Assembly: GCA_010405405.1 (NCBI GenBank)
Contig: MU004231.1
Location: 1,309,784-1,373,783 of the forward strand
Reading direction: 5' to 3'
Length of the DNA: 64,000 nucleotides
DNA from: Microthyrium microscopicum
Lineage: Eukaryota
Part shown: piece by piece, positions 52,052 to 64,000 of the stretch
Layout: each line of letters starts with the position of its first letter
How positions within the stretch are numbered: the stretch's first letter is position 1
The notes under the pieces: generated by a model
Database searches by the model: none
The model's input: the letters and a program-made list of their open reading frames with translations, nothing else
Told to the model about the DNA's origin: nothing
Made by a program: the position numbers and the translations under genes

Positions 52052-54128
52052 TATTCAATTTCCATCTCTTTTGGGATAGCGTGTTTCCATGCCCGATATT
52101 CTGCCGAAGTCTGGACCTAAGGCAGTTTTGGGATAGCCTAGTACCAGTATGGATTAGCGCAGCAAACGCTTTATTTCATGTCTATGATTGGCTGAGTAGT
52201 CAACACACATTTTTGGCTTTCGGCTTTCAATTGTTCGTTGCCTGTTAGGTTGTCATGAAGTAATGGGTTAACTGGGTTATTGAAGCCCGGTATCATATCT
52301 GGTATGAAACTTCGGAACTCGCAATAGTTCGCTCACTATGCTTTGCTCACTATGCTTTGACCTAATTTACTACGATTCTACAACTTTATAGTGCTAGTTG
52401 CGGCGCGGGATAGGAATAAGACAGTCGCTATTGAGAAGGTTGCCAGGATTTTGTTAGATACGGGTTTGTGAAATGCTTTTGTTGTGTTAAATATTTGGTA
52501 TGTCTACACGTTTTTTTAGTCGTCATGAACGCCTTCAAAGAGTAGTTCTTGCGCAAAGCGTGGTCCAAAATGGCTGAGGTTGTGAGCCCACCGTATGCCA
52601 AGTCGTACAGATCACATATGGGTAAACTCCCAAGCCTTGGAAATCCAGATATCAATTAGCCACGCATCTAAAATTCTAGGCAAAACCTTAGGTGATGCGA
52701 AACTGAGATTTCTAGAAGGTCTTGCCACCTTGATCTTGCGTGGGCTTTAAAGGGCGAAGGAGTTATTGCCGCAGCTTATAGCAATGTAGTTGGGTTCCCT
52801 TGCCCTCGAGTCTTGCTGGGTAGTCGAGCACGCGAGTTGAATGGCATGATTCCTCACAAGGGCTTCGGATGTTCCGTGTAAACCTCTCACAGACATATCC
52901 CACGTCACATAAACTATAGGGTATTCGCGCGCCAATCAGAGTCGATTTAGTTATGATCTGGGGCATAAATGTGGCTGTCAATTGGAGTCAAAGACAGAAA
53001 TCTCACAGTCGCCATCAGTTCTAGATCATTGCGACTAGAGAACATCTCAAGCAGATCCTGCTTGAAAACTACCAAGCTCTCAGTTGTGGCGTAGGAGTAT
53101 TTCGCATCTGTCCTAATTTGCTCCACGAGCGTCCACCTGCATCTTTGTTCGGCAATAATGCCGTATAACATGATCATACTTATAGTAGCGGTACTTACCT
53201 AGACAACAGAGACAGATCACATTGAGCTGCTTCCATGTCACTGGCTCAGACTCAATAGGTCCCATACTTGATTGGAATGTAAACCTGTCAGATCAAGGAC
53301 GAATTTCTTCAGGGACCCTGTTCATCTCGCCTATATGAAATGGACATATTCATATGAACCTTTGCGGTTGTTGAACTGGCACGCGAGCTAATTATCTTCA
53401 AATCTACGAAAAGAGTCTTGCTAGGGTATAGCCTGGCATTATCGATGGGAAAATCATATCTGGGTAGATCTCGCCGCCTAGTTTACCCTTACTCTAATCA
53501 TCTTTTCGATTCTCTATTCGTTCTTATGGCACTGCTTAAATTTTAATCATATTACTTGAGAACCTGGAAGCCTCTCAAGCTTTGATCCGGACCTATCGGA
53601 ATGATCCAACAGCAAATAAGCATTATACGGGATTATCAAGTCCTAGAGTTCCCTGTTCAATACCTGCATCTTTTTGCGAAATAAATTTTACCAATAGAAT
53701 TTCTCTCCGCACCTATCGGAAATATTGAGTAGGAATCAAGCATTCTGAAGATAAGCAATCTATACATACAATGAACCCTCAATTCATCTGTGCTTTCCAT
53801 GGTTAGCTTCATGTGAGGCTCCATGTGCTTTCAGGGCCCACAAAATTTACGTCGTCTGAGCTTTCGGAATTCATAAGAGATGAGGGGTGTTATTGCAATA
53901 CTCTCGAAACGGTAGGCCTCTAAGTAGACCCTCTAAGTTTCAGGTCGACAATAAACTACTGTAGCAGACAGAAGTGAAGCTATAGACAAGGGTAAATTAG
54001 CGTGCAAGACTAGTCTTGTCAATGGTTGGAGATATAGATATTACCTACTCCGCTATACAACATAGTCTTTTATCGTTTGCTCGCCTTCAATTCATTTCTA
54101 GACATTCTCAATTGAACTACCTGTCAGG

Positions 54129-55542
54129 ATGAAGGGACTTCTCGCGCTCGTTGCGACTGCGTCGCTAGCAAATGCCGCAGCTATCAAGGCCAATGTCAAC
54201 AATGGCAAGATGTCGGATGCTGAAGTCCTCCAGGATATTCTTCAGCACAAATGGCTCCTGCCCGACAGCAGTAAGCTGAACCAACAATTCTTTGCTGCTC
54301 GAAATTGCTCACAAATGTAGTGTACCGAAGCCTAGCTGCGAGAGCTCAGGGTATTTCCAAGCGTTCACCACAAAAGATTCCAGACATACAGGACACTCCA
54401 CTACCTGGATTATCAAATCTTCTTGCCTACGAGGTTCCTAAAGGAGCACCAAAGTCCACTGTCCCAGAGATCACAGAAACCAAGACCGATATGTGGGAAT
54501 CGCAACACTCGAAGCGCGTCAAGGTTCGGTACGGACCATATCGGATTCCGCCAATTTCAGAGGCCAACTTTCAATCGACGTACATGAATGTCCAGGGAAT
54601 GGCCGATGCATTCATGTTCAGCGCCAAGAAGCCTTGCTCCGGAGATTGCATGATCTTGAGGCTCGATGCTGATCTAGAATATGCTGACGGATCAGCTGCC
54701 AACAATTCCAATGGCGTAAGTTCCCACGCAGCGCCCAAACGTTAAATCATATCTAACTCAAATAGGCTTGGTTACATCACGCAGTGGTGTTCAACTCAGG
54801 ACCTGGTGTTGTTGAACCAACTTGTGGAACTGGCCGCGTTGAGAACATCTATATGGTCGGCAATGAACGCACAACTGGACAATTTTCACTGCCAAAGTCT
54901 GAAATCAAATCAGGATACCCACTCACAGCCGAGAACAGCCTTGTTCTTTCTACTGAGCTCATGAACATGCACGATAAAGAACAGTTTGTGTGGGTCGCTG
55001 TCAACTACGACATTGTTGATGGTCACCAGCCAGAATACAAGGCTGGACGAACGGTATGGATGACCATTGGCGGCGTCAGCTACTGTGGATCAATCTATAA
55101 CCCTTTCGGCATGTCCAACTTAACACTCATGGGGCAACCCAAAGTCAAAGCATTCTCTGAACATTCTGTTCCATGGATTGCACCAAAGGACGGTTTCATC
55201 ATGTCCACTGGTGGCCACATGCACGACGGTGGTGTCAGCATTGAAGTCGTCCGCAACAACGAAGTCATCTGCACGTCGAAGCCCGACTACAGCAAAGAAG
55301 GTGGCCACTCTCATGGCATGAAGAGCAAGCGTCAAATGCCTGGTGGAGATCATACCAATAACGACATCGAACATATTGCTAGCCAAGGAATATGTCTTTT
55401 CCCAGAAGGAGTTCCATTCAAGAAGGGCGACAAGATGTACATTCAAGCCAACTATGACTTTGATAAGCATCCAGGAATGAAAAACAAGAATGGTGAGCTA
55501 GACGAAGTCATGGGCATAACTGGAGCCTTGGTTGTTTGGTAG
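54129..55542 (+). CDS. Secreted 437-aa protein with a PHM/DBH-like copper monooxygenase ligand pattern
   Basis: Exons 54129-54270, 54321-54715 and 54766-55542 join in frame; signal peptide; WLHH, GGHMHDGG, DEVMG. Confidence 0.8.
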
Positions 55543-56965
55543 TTCGTCAGCATTATAGATTGTACATATTTTTTCTTCCATTCCCACATTATATCCAGGT
55601 AAATAAATTTTGTTTTCTATTGAAAAACTTCTGTCATTTCTCGCGCCACTGTAATCATTTCTGAGGAGCACATGCTACAACAGTTGCGCTGTTTCGTACT
55701 GTGCGTACAAAGGAATCAGATCTACGAGCCTTATTGAGATGGATCGGCGAGAGAAGCTTTTGCTGGGGAGTATGGAAGGCTGCTTTCTCACCTGTAGCAC
55801 AATATTAAGTTGTCGGATCGTCTTCCCGGCCGTGAACCGCTGGACGAGGGATATCCGACAATATTGATGACCCAATATAGTGGAAACATATTACTAGTTC
55901 ACGAGAGTCTTCTAGCTTGCTCTCTGGACCTTCCACTCTAAAGATGTGTCTACCTCACCCGCGTTTACTAATGCAGGATAAATTGGCATCCCCAGTTTTT
56001 TCATAATCCCCGCGGACAATTCTGTCCCTGCAGGTGCTTCCTAGAGCTTTGATGATCGCTGCTATAGACGTGTCAAACCTCACCTTCATCATGTAGTCGT
56101 AACATATCACAAGATCAAATTGAGAAGATCTGCGTGGACAAATTCATTGAGCAATGATAATTTAAGGCGGTCGCATTTTTATGGTTACCTCATAGTGTCT
56201 TTCTGATTCAGCAATGGACAGAAACAAGCGCCTTCCTCGACCTGGGCATTGAATATAATTTAAGATTTGGTGCCTAATATATCACTGAATCGGCCCTTTC
56301 GACCTTTTTCGAAATCGAGAACGTAGAATTTGTATACAGGATGATCGCAGCGAAGCAATCTTCTATCTTCTTACTGCGTATAAAATGTGATTCTTTCCAT
56401 CTTTTCTTTAAGAAGTGCGATGGGAGACATCATACTTGATGGGAGTGCGCCATTATTTTTGTCGCCCTGTTGACTTTCAGAGTCGTCATTGATGAAACCA
56501 TATGAGTATCTTGAGATGGGCAAATTTGGACGTAGTTTTTGGGTTAAAAGCACTTTTGGGAAAGACCTCTGGACTGCATCTTAGAGTAGAGACCTAGGAT
56601 TTTATACCAGTAGGCTGAAAAGGGGCCGAAATAGGGGCACAAAATAGGGGCTACCGGCCTACCACAAGCTGTAAACAAACATACATACTTTTGATTACAA
56701 AAGCGTTTTATAACTATATCTCTCAAGGTCTACCAATGCTTATTTTATAAATGAAATGACGCCTACTCTACCTATGTTTTGATGGTTGAAAAAGATTGTC
56801 GGAAGGATCAGCTCCAAATCGCGACTTGGGTCAACAACGTTGACAGCTGATCAAGATCTTCCTCCAACGTATCTCCACTCCAACAACAACCGACAACCGA
56901 AAATGCAATAACTTTCCATCACCGCTCTCCAGCGGTCGATTCATACCACCGAAAAATCTGCCATC

Positions 56966-58472
56966 ATGTCCTCCGCCGACGACAAAAACTCCAAGCTCGC
57001 CCCCTGGTCTGAGCCCAGCTTCAACCACCTCCACTCCCCTTACTACACCCCCTCCCATCTCCGTCTCCGCGACGCGCTCGCCACCTATCTCGAAACCCAC
57101 ATCCTACCCAATGCACTCGCCTGGGAAGCTGATGGCACCGCACCACGCGCTGAAGCACTCCGTTGGGCGCGCTCCGGCTTCGCCTTCGCTGACATTCCCA
57201 CCGCCTACCGCCCTGCCGACCTCCCCCAGCCAGCGGACATACCAGCCTCAGAGCTCGACGCGTTCCATCTGCTGGTCAGTACAGACCAAAGTTCGCGCGT
57301 ACCAGGCGGCGTGATGACAAGCTTAGCCGGCGCAAGCGTAATCGGTGCACCACCTATAATCGCACACGGCACGGATGCACAGAAGGAACGCTGGCTGCCG
57401 GGCTTGTTTACCTGGGAGACGAGCTTTAGTCTGGGCATCACGGAGCCTGGCGCAGGCAGCGATGTAGCAGGTCTACGGACGACGGCTGTTCGAGAGGGCA
57501 GTGTGTATGTGGTGAATGGTTATAAGAAGTGGATTACAGGCACACCATGGGCGACGCATATGACTACTGCGGTACGGACGGGAGGCGCGGGCATGGGCGG
57601 AATAAGCATCTTGGTCATTCCACTGGATTCAGCGGGTGTGTCCTGGAAACGCATTCCCAACAGTGGACAGAATGCTGGTGGAGCGAGTTTGATCACGTTG
57701 GATAATGTGCGGGTGCCTGTGGAGAATCTGCTAGGGCAGGAGAATGAGGGTTTCAAGATCATTATGACGAATTTCAATAGGGAGCGGTTCGTGTTAGCGG
57801 TGGGGAGTAATCGTATGGCGAGGGATTGCTTGTCAGAGTCGCTGAGATATGCTCATGATAGAGAGACATTTGGAAAGCCGTTGATTGCGAATCAGATCAT
57901 AAGACATAAGATTGCCACTATGGCGAGAGGAGTGGAAGCTCATTGGGCTTGGCTTGAGCAGATTGCCTATCACGTCCAAAAGTCAACCCAAGGCTGGAAT
58001 AGCACGGAAGTTGCTTCACGAATCGCATTGGCTAAGGTCACAGGAGGCAAACTGGTTGAGAAAGCCTCTCGCGAAGCACAGCAGATCTTTGGAGGTGCTG
58101 GGTATCAAAGAGGAGGTGTTGGTGCCAAAATTGAGCAGATCAGTCGAGACCTGAGGATGATGGTAGTGGGAGGTAAGACTTTCCCGTTTGAAATCGCACA
58201 TCTTCTGACGACATCCGATGAACCCACAAACATTCTTTTCCCAGCGCGTGCTATGGCTGCCATAGGATGCATTTCTGATTGCGTGTCATGGCTCCCACCG
58301 AATGCGATGAGTCTTTTACGGTTTCACATTAAAGGCCCAATGGTCTTTCCGGCGCGTAGCTCCAATCTTGGTCTTATACTGACAAGTTTCAGGCGGGAGC
58401 GAAGAAATCTTGAATGATCTTGCTGTGCGTATGGAGCTATTCAACTCGACTAAGAAGGGATGGAAGCTATGA
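56966..58472 (+). CDS. Acyl-CoA dehydrogenase
   Basis: LGITEPGAGSDV, NGYKKWIT, RETFGKPL, QIFGGAG; intron 58173-58392 restores VGGGSEEI; protein ends GWKL. Confidence 0.93.
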
Positions 58473-58473
58473 G

Positions 58474-60665
58474 CTACTCCATTCCTTTGCCCTCTTTGAC
58501 GAGAGTCTGGCCAGTTTCTCGGAGCTTGAACTTCTGTATCTTGCCACTGGCAGTCTTCGGATAGCCGTTTACCCAAAAGACGTATTTTGGGACTATCAAG
58601 TTAGCATCATACCTAGGACTCGACGAGGATGAACACGTACCTAAGTGGTGACTTAATCTATCTCGTACCCAACTTCTGATTTCTTCCGCTGAAACCAATA
58701 TAGAGCCTTCTGGAGACTTTCTCGGAACCACAAAGGCTGCCACCGCCTCGCCATACCTCTCATCAGGCAAACCAACCACTGAAACCTCCGCAACCTGAGG
58801 ATGAGCAAATAAACAGTTCTCAACTTCCAATGGATGGATATTCTCGCCTCCCTTGATGATCAAGTCCTTAATGCGGCCAGTAATGGTAACATACCCATCC
58901 TCATCAATCGACGCCTCATCGCCCGTCTATGTACCCGGTCAGCCACATATCCAATATTACACTATGAGGAAGGTCACTTGCATGCATCCAAACCACACCA
59001 TCCTCATCAGTCCCAAATACTTCCTTCGTCCGCTTCTCATCCTCCCAATACCCCTTCATAACCAAATAACCACTCACCGCCAATTCACCCCTCTCTCCTA
59101 CGCCTAGTACCCTGTTCCAATCGCCCGGATCCACGATCTTGACATCAACATGCGGCAAGGCCCGACCTACCGTCTCAACCCTCTTAATCAGCGGATCGTC
59201 AGTCGTGGTCATTGCGCTGACCGGGCTCGTCTCCGTCATGCCATAGCAGATTGTCAGTTCCGTCAAATGCAACTCGCGATGTAACCGCTTCATTAGTTCT
59301 GCCGGTATACTGCTGCCAGCAGCAATACCAGTGCGCAACTGACTTAGTCCCTCACGGGATTCAACGCCAGAGGACAAAAGGTCCAGTTCAGCAAGAAACA
59401 TGGTGGGCACGCCGTAGAGTGCTGTACACGAGTGTTCGCGTACGGTGGCAAGGGTGGCGCTGGGCGAGAAAGCTTCAGATGGAAAAGCGATGGCGGAGGC
59501 GTGAGTTGCTGTTGCCATGTAGCCGAGAATGCAGCCGAAGCAACTATGGAGATGTTAGAAGAGAGCGATAAATCGCTAGTAGGTGACTTACTGGAAGAGT
59601 GGGGGTGGGCAGCAGACTATATCGTTGGGAGTGAGGCGCATGCGGTCTCCGATGCTATTGCCGTTGTTGAGGATGTTGCGGTGGGACAGACATGCGGCTT
59701 TGGGCATACTTGTCGTGCCGGAGGTGAATTGTATATTGACGATGTCGTTAGCATCCAGAGGAGCGTCGGTGGTTACGGCGCTTCGGCTGGAGTCGCCACT
59801 GTGGAGGACATCCTGGTACGATATGGCTTTGGCGAGTTGGGTACGAGTATCGATTCGGCCTTGGGCGTTATCTATTATGATTATATCTTGCAGTGATGGA
59901 ACTGCTTGAGACTGAAGAGTTGAGTTGGAGCGTGAGCTGGATATATTAGGAACAAGTTCCGTCAATAGCGATACGTTGGACCTTGGTTGCTTTCGAGGAA
60001 GATTTGTTTCGGCGCTGACGATGTAATGAGTTGCAGATAGGTGATTGAGTGCTGCTATTACTTGAGGAGAATTAAAGGCTGGATTCAGGGGTACCTGGAC
60101 AGATCAGCCACAGTATACATGGTGCTAAACTTGTGCATATAATACCAGAACAGCGCCAAGTTTGAAGATAGCATAAGTCAACTAGATGAAAATATTAGAA
60201 TCAATAAGGTAATATATGTCTGTTGGTTCTTACTGTTGCAAACTCAACATTATTTCCTAAGCTGACTGCACAGCGATCTCCTTTTCTTACGCCTAGGCGC
60301 TGGAGACCTTTGGCTAGACGGGTACTGTCCGCATCCAACTGATCATATGTCAATTTGATGCTTTGATGATGAGATATGACCCTGTCGATTTATTAGTCAA
60401 CTCTATAAAAGTTCCTATACTCAATAATGTAGAAATGAATTTGAGAGTTTCTTTATGCTCAAAAAAAGGAGGATTCTCACGCCAATCGGTCACCATATTC
60501 CTTCACGACCCGCCCAAAATGTTCCCCAATAGTCATTTCTAGTAATGGCGGTTCAGTGGGACCTTTCGCAAAGGCTCGAGTCAGAAATCCACGGCATTGC
60601 GGTCTCATAACCTGGCGCACACCAGCAATGCGACTGGCCGCAGCTCGAATTAGCAACCACCGCAT
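58474..60665 (-). CDS. Acyl-CoA synthetase (AMP-binding, ACSF2-like), possibly with mitochondrial presequence, multi-exon
   Basis: FTSGTTSMPK, YGMTETSP, IIKGGENIHPLEVE, PKTASGKIQK; Arg-rich N-terminus lacking acidic residues. Confidence 0.92.
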
Positions 60666-60880
60666 ATTGGTATTTGATGGATAAAGGATGCCATTCGAAG
60701 AGGTTCCAATGAGTCAAACAATATACCAACAGAATATGAAATAAAAGTGAAAGACAATTGCTACATGCGAATGACCACTGTTGAATTTCAACTTCTCAAG
60801 TGACTCCGGCGGTCCGAATGCACACTAAGAGCGGTTTGAAGCGGGGAAAGTCACAATTCATTCTCAGTTACCTCAGCGTG

Positions 60881-60955
60881 CTCAGGCTCTAATTCAGGTT
60901 TAGCGTCTGATTATTAACGGTCGCTACGCTCCCTAACCCTAAATTAGAGCCTAAG
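60881..60955. repeat. 23-bp inverted repeat (hairpin) at the GC/AT boundary
   Basis: Arms 60881-60903 and 60933-60955 pair at 20 of 23 positions. Confidence 0.85.
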
Positions 60956-63900
60956 AGACACTTCTACTATTTACACTATAACTGCCTTAATAGATTTTTA
61001 GATTTCTATTTATTCTTTAATAGCACTACTACTATATATAAATTATTAAATATTTTTATAAAAGGCTACTAAGCAAGTAATTATATATATAAAAATTAGG
61101 TTTATTTTAAGATTTAATCCTAACTATATTCTCTAAAAATCTCTTTATTTTATTATGCTTTAGGAGGCCTAGCTTAATAAAAGTTAATAATTATATAATC
61201 TTTTATATATACGTATATAACTACTATTTACTATTACTACTTATAATATATTTTTATCTCTTTTTTTATACTTAGTATATTTATAAAATATATTTATAAC
61301 GCTTTATTCTATATTATTAGCTAGTAATACTATTAGCTTTTCTATTATTACTTTTAATAGTAATACTACTAGTAAGTTTGTATTAGTTATAGCTTTATAC
61401 TTTTACTATTCTCTTTACGTATCTATCTTAATCTTAGAGTCTATATTATATAAATATATATTAATTATATTATATAATACGTTAAATTATTCTAACTACA
61501 TATAAGCCCTTCTAAATAACGCGCTAGATATTATTAAAGACGTATTAAATATATTTAAAAACGTATTAAACGTATTTAAAGACGTATTAAACGTATCTAA
61601 AGACGTATTAAACGTTTATTATAATATATTAAATATTTATTATATCTTACTAAACGTTAGTTATATCTTATTAAACGTTTATTATAACGTATTAAATATT
61701 TCTATAACGTATTAAATATTTCTAAAGTATTAAAACTTTTACTAATTATTTATTAGATGTTTTATGTATTCTAAATATTTTATAATGTCTATACTAGATA
61801 AAAGTATTAAATATTAACCCTTATCTACTACTTTATATATAAATATTATACGTTAGTATTACTAATATAGATATAGTTAATTAGAGACTTACGTATTATT
61901 ATTATACTTAGTACTAAGTACAAACGTAAAATAAGGTATAAAAAGGATATAAGCTAGTCTAAGGGCTAGACTAAGGATTAACGTTATTATAATGTAAAGG
62001 CAATTTAGATAGATCTATCTAATAGTCCTAAGTAGGATATATTTTTCCTTAGCTCTATTAATAGACGTACTTATTCTACTCTCTATAGCCCTATACTATC
62101 TATAGCTACTAAATCTAACGAATTTACTACTAGTAGTTAGGGTAATAATATAGCTAGTAATTATAGTAATACTACTTATAGTAATAGTAATAGTAATAGA
62201 AATAGTAATGCTAGTAGCTATATTAGTAAGGATATAGCTAGTAATATAGCTAATAGTATTAGTACTAGTACTTATAATAATATATCTAATAATAATCTTA
62301 TTAGTAGTAATAACGCTATTAGTATTAATCTTATTATATATTTATTTAGTCTATAGTACGCTACTATATTAAATAAGTAGATAGAGTACTTATAAGATTT
62401 TAATACTATAATTAAAGTTTTTATACTTTTAGCTATCTTTACTAATATACTTGCCTAAGAGGATAATAAAGCTAGTATTAATATTACCTCTCTAGGCTAA
62501 TAATATTATAAAGATCTTATAAAAGCTTTACTTAAAAGATTACTATATATATAAGAAGATAAAAGGTTAGAAGCTAAGCTAGGGTAGGTAGAATCTTTAT
62601 ATTATATAATTTTTAAGTAATAAGATATTATACTTATTACTAAGACTAGATATAGTAAGAGTATTATTTTTTAAGCTTTTAGTATTCTTACTAGTAAGGT
62701 TACTCTTTAGGCTATTTTCCTTACTTTACTAAATTTAGAGTAGTATAAAGATATTATATAGCTCTCTAGTATAAACTTAGTTATTATTTATTTAGGGTTA
62801 ATACTTAATAAATATGCTTAAGTCTATTATAGGTTACTTAATAGTACTATTACGTATTATTTACTTTCTTCTAAATAATTAATTAGTAAGTATATATAAA
62901 AACTACTTTAAGATCCTTAATTCTAAAATAGACTTAGTCTAATTACTATTAATAAGAAATATTTTATTAAGAACTAGGGGAAATCCTTTTAAAAGGAATA
63001 TTCTTAGCTTTATATACTTTAAGATATTATTTCTTATTTTATTATTTAGTTTAGTTACTTAGGGACTTTAATAGCAAAAGCTAAGAAGTTTTTACTTAAT
63101 AAAGGAGGATTCTAGCTATATAAGGAATACTAAGATATTACTTATACTACTAGGTTTATCTATACTATTATTAATAGGCTAGATTTAGGTCTTTAACTCT
63201 TATATATTCTAAAAGAGAAGCTTAGTAATTAGTTAAGGTTAAACGTAGCCTTTAGTTAGGCTATTTAGAATTCTACTAATAGAGATTTATTTATAATACC
63301 TAAGTTTATACTATTAATTATAATTTTCTTAGATAAGCTATTAGATATAATATTTATTCTTAATTATCTATAATAAGCTCTAGTAAAGTTATATTCTAAC
63401 TTTACTTAGAGTAATTAGCTTTTTTTAGCTAGTATTTATACTATTATTTAATAATATACTAGACTAACTTAGAATTTTAATTAAGATTTATAATATATTT
63501 AGCTTAAGTAGTTTAATTTATTTTGCTATATTATAGTTATTATAACTATCCTTAATATAGGCGTTAATATTCTAAATATATATTACGTTATAATATAGAG
63601 TCTTCTATAAGGTAAAGTATTAGCTAATCTAGTTTAGAAGATTAGTTAAGTTAGTTATCCTAAAGCTAGTTATATTCTTTCTCTTTTACTAAAAATAGGT
63701 TTAGACTTACTACTACTTATCTTACCTAATCTAGATAACTAAACTTTCTTTAGAGTTAGGCTATTTAATTATATTCCTTCTTATCTACTAGTTATTATTT
63801 TTTTACTATACTAGTTATTTAATACTTAAGAGTAGTATTTAGTGCTAAAGTTTTCTTATAAGAAAGTAGATAATATATATATAGTAATAACTACTCTCTA

Positions 63901-64000
63901 GACTAGTATTAGTAAAGTTAATACTAAGGGCTATTTATTATTAGCTTTTAAGTTACTCTACGTAATATAAAATACTAATTTTACTACCTAACTAAGTACT
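60956..64000. mobile_element. RIP-degraded repeat block, class unrecognisable
   Basis: AT-rich, TpA-saturated, CpA/TpG depleted, no ORFs. Confidence 0.8.
61536..61735. repeat. Degenerate 21-bp tandem array (about 9 units)
   Basis: Units resembling aaagacgtattaaacgtattt. Confidence 0.8.

Noticed and set aside
52331..52358. 14-bp tandem duplication GCTCACTATGCTTT x2
   Set aside because: Isolated slippage-type duplication with no functional evidence
58245..58380. TPP riboswitch in the long intron
   Set aside because: The conserved CTGAGA and downstream TPP core motifs are absent
60931..60942. CCCTAACCCTAA telomere-like repeat
   Set aside because: Only two units, and comparison with the other hairpin arm suggests the second arose from CCTGA by RIP
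61536..61735. CRISPR-like periodic repeat
   Set aside because: No unique spacers, eukaryotic context, no cas genes

Overview
Eukaryotic DNA from a filamentous ascomycete: short GT-AG introns with CTRAY branch points and RIP-type damage. A gene-dense island of about 56.5 kb (about 4.4-60.9 kb) lies between two very AT-rich, TpA-saturated, ORF-free blocks, probably RIP-destroyed transposons. The island holds about 23 genes. Secreted enzymes at the left edge are a GH13 alpha-amylase, a GH72 glucanosyltransferase and a tannase/feruloyl esterase. Core genes are a CID/RS protein, MTHFR, Rad9/Crb2, ERG7, the CAF-1 large subunit divergent from SPO11, MCM5, and an acyl-CoA dehydrogenase/acyl-CoA synthetase pair whose stop codons are 1 bp apart. 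The least explained features are: a Kex2-processed repeat peptide precursor (A-A-B-B-A repeats), a secreted protein with a PHM/DBH-like copper-ligand pattern, a decaying tandem array of three F-box paralogs, a GH72 with a transmembrane helix and cytoplasmic tail instead of a GPI signal, a pepsin-like membrane protein lacking catalytic Asp motifs, and small genes missed by the ORF track. Exon boundaries were deduced by eye and family calls come from motif recognition, not database searches.
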